A DNA stretch of 64,000 nt from Octopus sinensis. Taxonomy: Eukaryota. The stretch spans positions 5,642,001 through 5,706,000 of the forward strand of contig NC_043011.1 of assembly GCF_006345805.1 (NCBI RefSeq), in the 5' to 3' direction. The position numbers were made by a program, and so were the translations under genes. This document shows, piece after piece, positions 24,173 to 37,507 of the stretch. Below the pieces are notes generated by a model. That model did not search any database. It was not told where the DNA came from and was given only the letters and a program-made list of their open reading frames with translations. Numbering within the stretch: position 1 is the stretch's first letter; each line of letters begins with the position of its first letter.

Positions 24173-24333
24173 ATACTCTTTTACTTGTTTCAGTCATTTG
24201 ACTGCGGCCATGCTGGAGCATCGCCTTTAATCGAGCAACTCGACCCCGGGACTTATTCTTTTGTAAGCCCAGTACTTATTCTATCGGTCGAACCGCTAAG
24301 TAACGGCTACTTACCACACAGCCACTCCTGCGC
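24173..24333 (-). mobile_element. SINE family A with internal deletion
   Basis: Head and tail present; the middle ~240 bp is missing. Confidence 0.85.
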
Positions 24334-24639
24334 CCTAGTAACTAAAACTTCCTCAAATTAATTTCCTATTGACTTAGAACTACAAGAGATTACATTAGAT
24401 AGTTTAATCTCAGGTATGCAAAGAGACAAACGGCCATGGCTGGAACGCTGTTGATTATAGGTCACCTGCAACAAAACTCATTTTGTTGCTAAACACGATC
24501 TTCCAGACGACTCGGCAACGTTGAAACAAATGTTTATAAACTCAAGGGAGATAATTATCGCGACACTCATCACCTTTAACGGGGGACAACTCTTCATTTT
24601 AATTGCCTTAAACTGGAAATAATACGTATATTTAAAATA

Positions 24640-26805
24640 ATAATAATAATGAAATTATTGTATACAGTGCTCAGGTGCACTACAACTTGTCAAAAGTGCG
24701 TATAAAGCGTATGCAGTAATGTACAAATGTCTGGAAAGTGAACAGTGTATGAGTCAGATACATGCTTGCGTGTGTATGGAGGGGAGAAAAGTAAGTGTAG
24801 CGTTGGCGAATCTCAGGAAGGATGGAAGTCATGTTCACAAGAAAACTTTTTGAGATTAGTGTTGTGGAGGGAGTAAGTAGACGCTAAGTTTTTCCTCCTA
24901 AAATGCATGGTGGTACATTTGTCCACAGCCAGCTTGAGTTGCTAGTCCATGATCCACTGCTGCATTGTGTCCAGGTCTGATTGCAATAAAGATCTATAGT
25001 GTACAGGATATGTCCTCCTTATTTCGAGGTACAGCTTGATGTCATCTGCATATTTCAGCACTGTGGCACTCTTTAAGTTGGCATCTATGTCATTAACATA
25101 TGCAACAAATAAAAGGGGGCCAAGAACAGATCCCTGTGGTACACCAGATGTCATCTCATAGGGTGAAGAATGCTGTCCTAGAACTGTGACAACTTCTTTT
25201 TGGCCGATAATGAAGGACTTCAACCAGTTATAGAGATCATCTCTTACACCCATTGCAGAGAGTTTCACCATAAGTCTTTTGTGTGGTACAGAATTAAAAG
25301 CCTTAGCAAAGTCCAGGTAAACAACATCCACCCAGGATCCGCGATCAGTGATTCGGGTAATGTCCTCAAGAAACTCGATGAGTTGATTACAGCAGCTGGA
25401 GTTAGGAATAAATCCAAATTGTGACGGCTGCATGAGGCTGTAAGACTTCCAGAAGTTCCAGAGCGTGTTTCTGACACATGATTCCATCAGATTGGCGATG
25501 CAGCTAGTAAGACTAATAGTTGACAGGCGATGTGCGGTCGCCTTTTTTGAACAGATGGATAACACTGGTAGTTTTCCACTGCTCTGGAGTAACACCATTG
25601 TCAAGACAGAATTGAAAGAATAGTGAAAGTTGGTTTAGAAGAAAGTACCCACCGCGTTTGCGAAGTAGGTATGTAACACCATCGAGACCAGGAGAGGCAT
25701 AGTTACGTTTATTCTTAAGGAGGCGTTGTAGCATTGCTGGTGTAAATTTCATAGTAAGAGAGTCCAGTGTCAGAGGTGATGGAGATGGAACATTTTGATC
25801 TTCGACAGTAAAGATGCCTGCATAGCATCCAGCAATAATTTCTGCACATTCTTTGGATTGTCAATAATCTGGCCTGTGTGGGGATTGCGAAGGGGACCAA
25901 CTGGAGAGTTAGGTCTCTGCTTTGAATGTACTGACTTCCAGAACACTTTGCTGTCAGGGCTGTTCGAATTCAAGTACTGCCTTTATTGTCACCTGCTTGA
26001 GATGGTTGGATGATCTATTGCGCTTTTTCCTCTTGATCTCTGATTTGTGCAATTTGTATTCCTGTTCAGCATTTCAGCGTTCTTTCCTGACAAGTCAGAC
26101 TGCTGCAGTCTCCCAAATTGCACTATTGGGTGGGGGGTTGTGCTTGCGTGGTACCGATGCTGCACATGCCGTCCATATTGAATTCAGAATGTTCTGAAGT
26201 ATAGTGTTCACATCTCCAGAGACATAAAATTCAAGCCAGTTCGGGCGTCGCAGCTCAGTACAATAAGAGTTCCAGTCTGCTTTATTCCAGTCAAAGTGGG
26301 CAGTTTGAAGATGGTTGTGGTTTTTGTTACAACCAATCAGAGATAAGTCGGCCATGATCATGGAATGATCAGAGTCACCTAAAGGTTCTGCAGTAGTGAC
26401 ACTAATAACAGTTTCGGGAGAAGTGGTAAATAGCAGATCTAAAGTGTTGTTACCCCTTGTGGGGGAGGTAACGACTTGGAACCAATTTGAATTCAGCACC
26501 AGTTCAAGGAAATCGTCTGCACTTTGTGGCCAACGGAAGGCCTCCCAGTCAATCTCAGGAAAATTGAAGTCCCCCACAATATAAACATAAGTGGCTGTTT
26601 TCATGGCAGCAACCCTGGGGATATCAAAAAGAGTTTTCTGTGCCTCTTAACGTGGATATACTGTAGGAAAGCTGAAACATTGCAGTATTTGTCTTTAGTA
26701 ATCATGTCATAGAGACGCTTAGTGTCAGAAAAAGAAGAACCAGTCGTATCCGTAGCAAATTTGTTATCCATTGTCGCTGTGTGATGAAAAGTTTGCCTTC
26801 CAGCC
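24640..26805 (-). mobile_element. CR1-clade LINE ORF2 (APE endonuclease and RT), decayed, with 3' UTR
   Basis: IVGDFNFPEIDW, LDLLFT, PLGDSDH, SPGLDG, VYLDFAKAFNSVPH, GVPQGSVLGPLLF, KYADDIKL motifs. Confidence 0.95.
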
Positions 26806-26964
26806 ACATGGTTCCGGGTACAGTCCTAGTGTATAGCACTTTGAACAAGTGTCTTCAACTATACGCTCGGGACGACCAAAGCCTTGTGGAGGGATATAGT
26901 GTATGAAAACTGAAAGAAGCCTGCCGTGTGTGTGACTTTGCACCTGTGTCCCACATAACCTCTT

Positions 26965-27190
26965 TCTTTACTACCCAAAAGGGGCTAAACACAGAATGGG
27001 CAAACAAGGACAGACAAACGGATTAAATCGATTACATCGACCCCAGTACGTAACTGGTACTTATTTAATCGACCCCGAAAGGATGAAAGGCAAAGTCGAC
27101 CTCGGCGGAATTTGAACTCAGAATGTAACGGCAGACGAAATACGGCTACGCATTTCGCCCGGCGTGCTAACGTTTCTGCCAGCTCGCCGC
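26965..27190 (-). mobile_element. SINE family B
   Basis: Deu/Nin-like core; family A fragments flank it. Confidence 0.8.
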
Positions 27191-27642
27191 ATAACCGTTT
27201 GACAACTGGTGTTGGTGTGTTAAATCCCCGTAACTTAGCAGTTCGGCAAAAGATACCGGTGCTTTAAAAGAAAAGTACAGGGAATTATTTATTCGACTAA
27301 AAGTTCTTCAAAGTGGTGCCCCAGCATGGCCACAGTCTAATGACCGAAACAAATAAAAGATAAACGGTAGAAACGAAATTTGTCAAAGAATGCGCTTCAA
27401 AATGGATACTTGCTGCCGATGACAAGCAAACGCGCAGAAATCCCAGACCGAGCAATTCCACCGCCACTGCTGGATGCTTTGCGTCTGTCACTGAAGCTTC
27501 GGTGCTTTTTAGCACTGTACGTTTTTTCAAGATGCTCTCCTACTGTATATCAACGTTGAGTAAGATATACAGAATGCTTTTCTTAACTGATACTGCTTCC
27601 GTTGCCGTTACGTTCTAACGGCAGACGAAATACCTATTTCTT

Positions 27643-28222
27643 GGACCTTTTCCTTTTGAACGGCAGACAATTTCTAGTTGACTAAACACTTTAAAACTTC
27701 GTATACTGGTAGAATGTGTCAAAATAAAACATTTTTTTCTCTTTTTTCGAATTTTAACCAATCCTATGCTCTCTTTTGAGCTAAAATCATTTTCTGCATC
27801 TAAAACTGAGACAACATCCTGTAACTAACCCTAACCCTAACCTAAAATTTTTTTTCTTAATTGTTAAATTAATTTAATTGTTACGCGTGTAAAAAAACTA
27901 AAGCAATGGAATTAAATTAATTTAACAATTAAGAAAAAAAATTTTAGGGTTAGGGTTAAGGGGGAGGTTTAGGGTTAGTTACAGGATGTTGTCTCAGTTT
28001 TAGACGCAGCAAATGATTTTAGTTGAATGGAGGTAATCGATTAGTTAAAATTGCCGAAATGCTCGGATTTTCAGACGAAATATCTTACAAACTATATAAT
28101 TTTCTCAATAAAACCAAGAGAAAATGATGTTTTATAAACACATTCTACCAGTATACGAAGTTTAAAAGTGTTTAATTAACTAGAAATTGTGTTGACATCT
28201 GCCGTTCAAAAGGAAAAGATCC
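27643..28222. mobile_element. Palindromic MITE with 8-bp TSD and internal TAACCC/GGGTTA repeats (Merlin-like or hAT)
   Basis: TIR GGAYCTTTTCCTTTTGAACGGCAGA; exact TSD TATTTCTT at 27635-27642 and 28223-28230; inner arms are also inverted. Confidence 0.85.
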
Positions 28223-28637
28223 TATTTCTTTACTACCCACAAAGGGCTAAACACAGAGAGGACAAACAGGGACAGACAAAAGGATCAAGTCGATTATATC
28301 GACCCCAGTGGGTAACTGGTACTTATTTAATCGACCCCGAAAGGATGAAAAGCAAAGTCGACCTCGGCGGAATTTGAACTCAGAACGTAGAAGCAGACGA
28401 AATACCTATTTCTTTACTACCCACAAGGGGCTAAACACAGAGAGGACAAACAAGGACAGACAAACGGATTAAGTCGATTATATCGACCCCAGTGGGTAAC
28501 TGGTACTTATTTAATCGACCCCGAAAGGATGATAGGCAAAGTCAACCTCTGCGGAATTTGAACTCACAACGTAACGGCAGACGAAATACGGCTACACCTT
28601 CCGCCCGGCGTGCTAACACTTCTGCCAGCTCGCCGTC
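28223..28637 (-). mobile_element. Tandem SINE family B dimer
   Basis: A unit of ~180 bp is repeated twice, followed by the head region. Confidence 0.85.
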
Positions 28638-29552
28638 CTTGTCTCTTTAAATATTGGATTCTACCAGCTCGTCGCCTTGTATGACATTATATTCATTCAG
28701 TAGCAGCCATTAATAAATATGTCTGAATGGTGCATCATGGGAACAAATGGATTAATGTGGTATATTTGTTTTCTTTTTTCTAATTAGTTTTTCTCATTAC
28801 TATTTATGTATTCCTCAAGGTTCAGCGTATCGAACTCATACCATCGAGATTCGTGACATTTATTCATACACCACAGAACCATATTGTTGTAGCAGTGTAA
28901 CCCACATTGAACTTTCTTCCAGAGGACCTAATCTTATGGAACAGAGGTCGTCAGCCGAATGACGAATTCTACCCCATGGACCCAACTTCTAAATTCTACC
29001 ATATCTCCGCCAAGTTGAGGACGAGGCCATACTGCACACGCTGATATTCACCAGAGGATCATACAGCGTACAGTATAACAATCTCGACATGTTATATTCT
29101 ATTCTCTTCGCCATTTAGTGTATTTCTGTAGTCTAGCAGATACAACACGTTCCGATATTTTGTGACGAATCATCTGGCGTGCAGTATGACAGTTTGGACA
29201 AGTTGCCTGCTCTCCGTTGTCCAGTTTGTGTCTGTCCACCCACGGAAAGTGAACGAAATGGACAGGGTAAGGGTACAACAATTACTGTTCCTCTGCTCTT
29301 ATTCTTAATGGTATACATACCAAAATGGTATTTAATGTTAATGGGGTTATTGATGCTGGAGTTATTTCTGTGTTGATGTTTTTCTTTTATGGTCGACGAA
29401 AGTGGTAAAGATAACGTTGTTAGTGTTCTGAAATGCTGTGTATATATTTGGATGTTTGTAAGGAATTTTTTTGCAGTCGTCAGGAACTGAAAGTTGTAAG
29501 AGTTTGAGACAACAACAATTTTTGTCCCTTGTGTATACGCGTGATTCTCTTG

Positions 29553-30884
29553 TTTACTCTTTTACTCTTTTCAGTCATTTGACTGCGGCCATGCTGGAGC
29601 ACCGCCTTTAATCGAGCAACTCGACCCCGGGACTTATTCTTTTGTAAGCCCAGTACTTATTCTATCGGTTTCTTTTGCCGAACCGCTAAGTAACGGGGAC
29701 ATAAACACACCTGCATCGGTTGTCAAGCAATGCTAAGGGGACAAACACACTCACACAAACACGCATATATATATATATATATAAAACTTAGATATGTTTC
29801 GACCAAAGATTGGTCCAGGCCATGTCTGACTTAATAGCACCACCTGATAGGATTATTCGAATCCTGTTTAAGTCAAGTTTTGTTCAAGTAGTGAGTTCTT
29901 GTTGGGTGAGTTGTATCCAGTTTTGTTCAAGTAGTGAGTTCTTGTTGGGTGAGTTGTATCCAATTATGGGTGGCTTATCTGGTATTCTTTGAAGGAATCT
30001 ATCCAGACTCTGTTTAAAGTTGATGGGATCCTTTTCCTCTTTGATCTCCCTCGGGACAATGTTAAATAGGGCAGGGCCTGTTGAGGAAAAGAAATTATGT
30101 TGCAGTGTACATGTATGCTGTGATCTTGAATTGGGCAGGGGCGTATAGCCCGTGGTCCAAGTCTTGGATGAACCTTGAAGCTAATGTTTAGGTCGTTTGG
30201 GCAAAGTTGGCGGTATATTTTCCACATCGTACAAATGATGTACCGCTCACGGCGACGCTGGAGGGAGTAAAGTTTCAAGGCTTTAAGGCGATCCCAATAA
30301 TCGAGAGCAGCCATGCCTTCAATTTGTTTAGTGAGTGCCCTCTGGGGTGACTCAATTCTGGAGATGTTTTGTCTTGTGTGAGTAGACCACAGTGGGCAGC
30401 AGTATTCAAGGTGTGGCCGTACAAAGGAGGAAAAAAGTGGTATGATGACACCTTGTTCTCTGGACCGGAAAGTTCTTAAGATCCAGGAACTCATCCTACG
30501 AGCTATATCGACCTTCTTGTTGATGTGTGCACTCCAACTGAGATCGTCATCAACAATTACACCCAGGTCTCTGATATTGTTAGAGGCTGTGAGCGGTTCC
30601 CCTGAAGGAAGAGAGTATGGCTGTTTTAGTGAGGAATTTCTTCCAAAATGTATCAGCTCAAATTTTCCCTCATTCAGTTGCATTTTGTTTCTGTCTGCCC
30701 ATTGACTCACAGCATATATACATATATACGACGGGCTTCTTTCAGTTTCCGTCTACCAAATCCACTCACAAGGCTTTAGTCGGCCCGGGGTTATAGTAGA
30801 AGACACTTGCCCAAGGTGCCACGCAGTGTGACTGAACCCTGTGATTGGTAAACAAGCTACTTACCACACAGCCACTCCTGCGCC
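29553..30884 (-). mobile_element. SINE family A split by a CR1 insertion (halves 29553-29780 and 30715-30884)
   Basis: The two halves join into one complete SINE at its central (TA/CA) tract. Confidence 0.85.
29785..30712 (-). mobile_element. CR1-clade LINE 3' fragment
   Basis: IRDLGVIVDDDLSW..HI, FVRPHLEYCCPLWS, RLKALKLYSLQRRRER motifs; internal 43-bp tandem duplication at 29877-29962. Confidence 0.92.
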
Positions 30885-31290
30885 TGTTTTGTATTTTTTC
30901 GTTTAAGAGTGGGGTTCGTAGATAGTTTATGGATAGGGTCTATGTATAATACGTAAAGATACAAAGTCACTGTTTTGTGCAGTTTGTTGTGGATAGATTA
31001 GGGACCGCATAACCAGTTGTACGGCTACGTAGACATTTACCTTACTATTGGTCTTATAATGTTAACTATTGTGAATTACTTATATCAGGTTTACCATTTT
31101 GTCTTTTATTGATGTGTTTTAGTCTTGTTTACATCATGGCCGTTGAATTATGGCATGACACTGTTACACCGGGGATATTTCTCTCGGCTGAGATTTTTTT
31201 TTTTTTTGCCCGTCTCTTTCTCGCGGAACGTCGTTGGAGAAGTTCATTCTCTCTCTTCAACCAGAACTCAGCGAGCGAAGGACCTGTAGA

Positions 31291-31393
31291 ATCTATTCGT
31301 GTAGAATGTGTCTAGCTAGGCTCAGCACATGCAAAGAGATATCTATTCGTGTAGAATGTGTCTAGCTAGGCTCAGCACATGCAAAGAGATATC
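31291..31393. repeat. Exact 50-bp tandem duplication
   Basis: ATCTATTCGTGTAGAATGTGTCTAGCTAGGCTCAGCACATGCAAAGAGAT twice. Confidence 0.95.
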
Positions 31394-34300
31394 GATATGC
31401 AGCATTTCTTTTCTCCAAGTCAACACACTCGTATGTTGAAATTCATTTAACAATACATTAAACGCAAATCTTTTAATATTAATGTTGCATTCGAAAAAAG
31501 TATTTTTCTCCTTATGAATAATTACTGTCCCATTTAAACAGGTCCTTCACAGACTTTTGGAAGTAAATATCTACTGTTTAACCACAATGAATTATCATCC
31601 CACCTGGGCCGACAGAGTTCTTTCTTCGATGGTAAGATGTCTTTTCTCTCATTCATATTTCCAACATAGTCGTTGATAAAATTGTTTTACCTCACATTAT
31701 AACTTTTAATAGATAGCTATTTTTATATCCCTGCCTTAAATATTTCAATAATAACTTAAGCATACGAAACTATACTCAAGATTTATTACGCAAATATCAA
31801 AAATATAGTCCATATTTTATCATACATGCTATTGACGCTTTGACACGACTATCACTATATATTTCGAATTACACTACAATAATTCTGTAGCAGAAGCGTG
31901 TTTATCATTCGACTTTTTTAGCTTTAAATACCCAAATATCGACTCATACGCGTGTTTTCTACAAGTGGTCACTCGACCTGGTCGAGTCCTGGTTTTTATA
32001 CGGGCTGTCCAATCCTATCACTTGACCGACCGGCCTAACGCGAGTAAATTTATGTTTGTTCGCTGGAGTCTACTATTAGCTTTAAAAAGAGAAATCTCTC
32101 TTCAATGTAGTGGCGAGATACGGTCGAGTTCCTATGTCGGTAACGAGAGAGGACAGCTACTCAACAAAGAGCTTTTACGCGCTGTTGTGTTCCGTCAAGC
32201 ACACATCACCAAGCTCCAACTGAACGAGAGACTAACATGTATATTTTCTGACAGAATCATTCAAGATGCACCATATTTTGCTGTACTTTTATTGGGCGAT
32301 TGAATAAAGTGTGGTAGTCAATTACAACTCTTGTCCTCGTATTTCTTTTCGCTGTTATACCCGACTCGTTTGGAATCAGGAAATTATAATGTTACCAGGG
32401 CCTGAGCCACGCTACTCAATCTCCCAAAATTCTCTCGACTAGGCCTGGAATTTTCGGGGATGGGAGCTAGGTAGTCGATTACATCGACCCCAGTGCTTAA
32501 CTGGTACTTATTTTATCGACCTCCAAAGGATGAAAGCCAAATTCAATCTCTGCGGATTTTGATCTCAGAACGCAAAGCATTTTATCCGGCGTGCTAAGAA
32601 TTCAACCTGCTCACCACTTTTATTTATAGTAATGAGCTTATTTCGAATCATTAACGTCTATAGAATCTATATTTCCTTTATTTCTCTAACTTAAAAACTC
32701 ACTAAACTAAACAAGTGATGTCTTAGTTACGTCCAAGTTTTAAGGGAGATAACTCCAGAAGGCTTACGGGAGATAACTGTGTCTTTTGAGGCTTGCTTTC
32801 TTATCGCAGGCTGTCGTCACATTGTCAACCGGAAAAATCCTTACGTGCTCAGCGGAGCAACGGAAACAACAGCCAAATCTCCCTCATACTACATGTAATT
32901 GTCTTCATAAAGAAAAGATACATTACATATGTAGTTCTAAATATACTTTGAAAAAGCACTGACGGGACAGGCCCTGCATGGGGGCTCCTGGATGTTTAGA
33001 GCGATCGGTAGGAACGTTCTGTTGCATTTCTCTCAGATCTCTGAGTTCAAATCCTGCTGAGTTCAACTTAACATTCATCCTTCAGGCTAGATTTTACTTT
33101 CTCTTTATGAATTGTGTCCGTAATTTAAAGTCCAACCTCGTCGCATTGATTTGACTCGAGACAGTACAGTGTATCTGTGGTATACACAGCCACTTACACG
33201 TTAATTTCCCAAAAGTGAATTGAGTTGGTCCAGCAATACAAAACTCACTGTTGATACCAACGGAATATCCACCATTTATATGTGCGCGTGTGTTTCACTG
33301 TATTTTTTTAAAACTATTTTTAACATTTTATTTTATATCATCATCATTATCATTTAACGTCCATTTTTCATGCCGGCATGGGTTGGATTTTTCAGCAGGA
33401 GTCACAGAAGGTTCCATTGTCAGTTTTAGCTTGATTTCTACTGCTTGATACTCTTCCTAGCACTAATCACTTAAGTGTGTACTGGATGTTTTTTTATGTA
33501 GCACCAGCACCAACAGGATAACCAAATAATACACACACACTAATGTATTTCTTTTCTAAAGTATTTTAAAGCATTATACTAATTCCTTAAACATGAGATG
33601 TTTCAGGTTATTTGAAATATATCTTTTAACACTTTCATTACTGTATTTATTTTGAGATGGTCTGTGTTTCTTTCAATTAATTTTAAATGTAACAAAGAAT
33701 TTGGTAAAAAAAAAAAACTTCAAAATCATTAAGCTAGTGTTAAGAATATAAATTGTGATTAAGATTTGGTGGAAGATTTTAATTCAAAACTTTTGTAAAC
33801 AAGACATTTGTACTACAGAGTCAGAGGTGGTTTCAGCCAGGTTGGTAAGGAAAGAGTTGATTTTTATCTTTTTTTCTGCATTGTTTGTGAAACACTATCA
33901 GATATTATTTCAGTTTTAACACACTGCTCCATAGATGTGTGGAGTAATAACAAAAAAAAACAATATTGGAATGGGATAGGGTGCAAATGTATAAAAAATT
34001 AAATTTTAGGGACAAAAAAATGCTTTCAGAGAAGAGAAAAAAAAAAACTATCCAATTCCTTGGCCTTTTCCTTCTCCGACATAGTGATAGCTGTTCCGAA
34101 TGTTCTTGTGAATTAGACATTATAATACAAATCTACCCACTGTGAATTAAGTTTTATTCTAATACTCGGTACATTTTATTCATGGTATTAAATAGTTTGG
34201 GGAGTATCAAGAGAGAGTATGTTACCAGTACACTTCACATTTTCTTACCAAACTTATATAACCATACAGAATAGTATTGTAGAAAGACCAACACTGAAGT

Positions 34301-34445
34301 TAACTGCTCCCTGTTTCAGTTACCACAGTATGTTAGTAATTTTAATATTTCTATTATTGAAAACAAGTGGATGTATTCCACTGTAACTAGGTAAATAAAA
34401 TCTTCGAACAGACGGTCAGTAGCGACACCTGTGGGTCTGACTACG

Positions 34446-34486
34446 CTGCATTGATAAATGGCAACAACCCTGAAACATGTCTGCAG
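34446..34486 (+). ncRNA. Decayed type I hammerhead motif
   Basis: CTGCA-TTGATAA-ATGGCAACAACCCT-GAAAC-AT-GTC-TGCAG; the core differs from CUGAUGA at two positions. Confidence 0.5.
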
Positions 34487-35574
34487 ATGTCTGACTAGCA
34501 AGGTGAAGTGGCTGACCTCCCCTGTTCGAAGGTTTGTAATGGACGCAGGTTCGTGTGTCAAATAGCTAGTTAGAGGCGGTGGCCTCTTGGAGCTAATCAG
34601 CGACAGCTTTAGTCTTATATTTATAGACTACCATATTAGTATGGCGATAGCTATTAATATCCAGTAACGCTGCCGTAATCTCCTTTAGAGAGACTTAGTA
34701 ATTTTTATATTTCTATTATGTTAGTAATGTTTTACTTAATTAAAATTAATGTGGATCCCAGTTTCAACCAAAAATTGTGTGTGTAGCAATTTGTCTATAA
34801 TAGTCACTGAGTTTTAAAAGTAAATGAGAACTGAACTTATAAGTCACAGAAAAGTATCTTAGATCTACTTCAGCCTGGGTCTGGGACATCAGAACACCAC
34901 TCTTATGCAAAATCTATGCTTTTATACAAGTCAATGTTGTTTCCAAATGTTATAATTGCCAATTCATATTACCAAAAAGTTTCATGTGGAAGAAACCTTC
35001 AAATATGGAAAGATAAATCAACTCTCATTGGACCCAAATGAAAGGAAAAAACACTTTCCATTCAGTCATATCTGATGATGATAGATTCATGTCTACACTT
35101 TTGGAAGGTTCTTCAGCAAAAAGCTATTTACTAAAGTGATTTGGCTGTTATGAGGTTAACATTTTTAATATGGTATAAATAATATACCCACTCTATTACC
35201 TAATGTACAAGTGCCTGCTCTTTTGTTTCTACTAACGTATGAAAACTTGTACAACTCTCTCTCTCTCATATATGAAAGAGAGAGATGAGGAGGACAATAT
35301 ATGAGAGCTTATACTGTATAGGTAGGATAAAAATATTCAGTGACCAAATGCTTGTTTATAATTCCATAACATTATAAGAACATTGCATTACATCCCTGAT
35401 CAAAACATCATGGTTTTCATGTTCAGTTTTACCTTGGTGTATGAAATACTTACCACATCTTGTAGGGGTCTGGATACTGGAGTTACTTCTTCAATGGCAA
35501 ATCTTCTCTTTCCAATGACATGCATTAAAAATTTGCTTTACATTCATTTACCAGTAACTGGTAAAAAAAAAGAA

Positions 35575-35795
35575 CAAGAGGTGCTGAAAAGTTCCTGGCT
35601 CTGGATATGAAAAAAAAAATACGGTAGGATCAGTTAATTCTGATTTTATTCAGTATATTCCCCTCTCAGATTCACACACTTATTGCAGTGGTCCTTCAGT
35701 TTCTCTAAGCCCTGTAAAAGATCTCAGAAGGTTGGGCCTCCAACCAGGCTTTTTGCAAGACCCTTAAAGCTAGAAACTTTTCAGCAGCCCTTGTA
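35575..35795. mobile_element. Tc1/mariner-type MITE
   Basis: TIR-like GGTGCTGAAAAGTTCC / GAAACTTTTCAGCAGCCC; second copy at 50118-50338. Confidence 0.7.
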
Positions 35796-37507
35796 CAATA
35801 AAGTATCAACCCAGCAGACCTTTGTGTGTGCATGTCTAAACACACACATTCATAAACATAAGATTTATGTCTACATGGGGTAACACAGTTTAACATGTAG
35901 TGTATAGAAATTTTACTTTTATTCGTACATCATAGTTTAGTATGTCATGGTAATGGTAAATTACAAACAAACCAATAACCATTTGTGGAATCAATGGTTA
36001 TTTTCTTTGTTTATATTTTTATTTGTAACTTGTCTCCACAATAGAATTATGCTCAAGTAATTTCTCCTTTCTCTGCTAAGACTCTCTTCACAACAACTGC
36101 AACGAAATTTAACAAGCTTTATGTTTTATACCAGAATTGTTCAAGAGGAATGGTGTCGATTTCCAAACCATTGGTTTACTGTCTTACTAATGGTAATAAT
36201 GGCAAGAGATATTCTCTGTAGGGAACAGATAATGAAGGGGAAATTAAACAGAAGCACTAGGTTTCCTCACCAACATTTATCTTTACCTATATATATAGAT
36301 CAGTAGCCATTACACACATTATTTTTCTCTCCTTGTTTCTCTTCTTTTTTTTCTCTCCTTGTGTTTTTCTGTGTCCCTTTGTGTAGAAGAGCGTAGGCTC
36401 GAAATATAAAAGACTTTTTCTATTCCTGAGCGTTATACTAATACAGCTGTTTGTTTTGTACACCACCTGTCTTTGTGTTTTTTTTTTTCGTGAACTCTCC
36501 CCCTATATATATATATAGGTACACATTAAATAAAGATATACACCTCTATTATTATATAACAGAACCTTATAAAATGTCCAGTATTGTTGATGCAATATTT
36601 CATACTATCTGTATAATGTCATCTTCTTTTGAATCCAATATCTTTCATTTTCTTTATTATATAAAATATTCTTAGAATAGCTGGTAGGGACACCGTATTT
36701 CGTTTTGCCACTATGATATGCTACCAATTATATTAAAGGTCCATAAATCAATGCAGTGTTTTACTTTTGAATATTCTATAGAAATTAGAGCCATCACGGA
36801 GAGTGACTAGGTTTCATATACGAATATGTAAGCAATGCGATCGAAGATAGAAAAATAGGTAATGGGTGTACATACATATTTCAGGAGTTATTGCTCTTTC
36901 ATTAGAACCACATCCAACCCATGAAGCATGGTACTGAAGAAAGAGCAACAATTCCTGAAATATGTGTATACACCCATTATCTGGTTTTCTTTGATTGCAT
37001 TGTTTACATAAACATATTTGCATACGATACTTTGTGACTTTCAGTACTGGCTCTAAATTCTATTGAAAATCAGTAGAGATAACTCTTCAGAATAGATATC
37101 TGTGTATTATAAAATTGATTCCTGCAAGATGTTTCCATCTCCCGCAAAACAAAATATTTGTGTGAACATCGCTTTGACAAAGTTATGTTATTCAAATAGA
37201 ATCATTCATAAACTATTGTTTTATGGTTTGTGTTGTGGTGATTTTGTAATTATTTTTCAGTGAAAACTTGAAATACCAATCTTTCTGTCTAACTTAATAC
37301 TACTTTTTTTCAACTTAATACCAGCTTGTCCAAGAATGCCACTTCTGGTTTTATGACACAAAAATCCTCCATTTTAATGCATTCCTATTTGAATTTAAAC
37401 CATTTGTTATTTCATGTAGAACCTTTTAAGTACCGTTCCAAACATGAAATTACTAACAGAGAAGTTATTTGATTCATTCCATCCAAACTCTTGATGATAC
37501 GTAACTG

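Noticed and set aside
28223-28637. CRISPR-like or tandem repeat array
   Set aside because: The units are ~180-bp SINE copies without unique spacers.
29783-29830. GACC...GGTC-GAAAC hairpin in the CR1 3' UTR
   Set aside because: Lacks the CUGANGA core; better explained as a LINE 3' stem-loop.
31880-32400. Possible solo LTR
   Set aside because: AATAAA is present, but no clean TG...CA termini or TSD were found.
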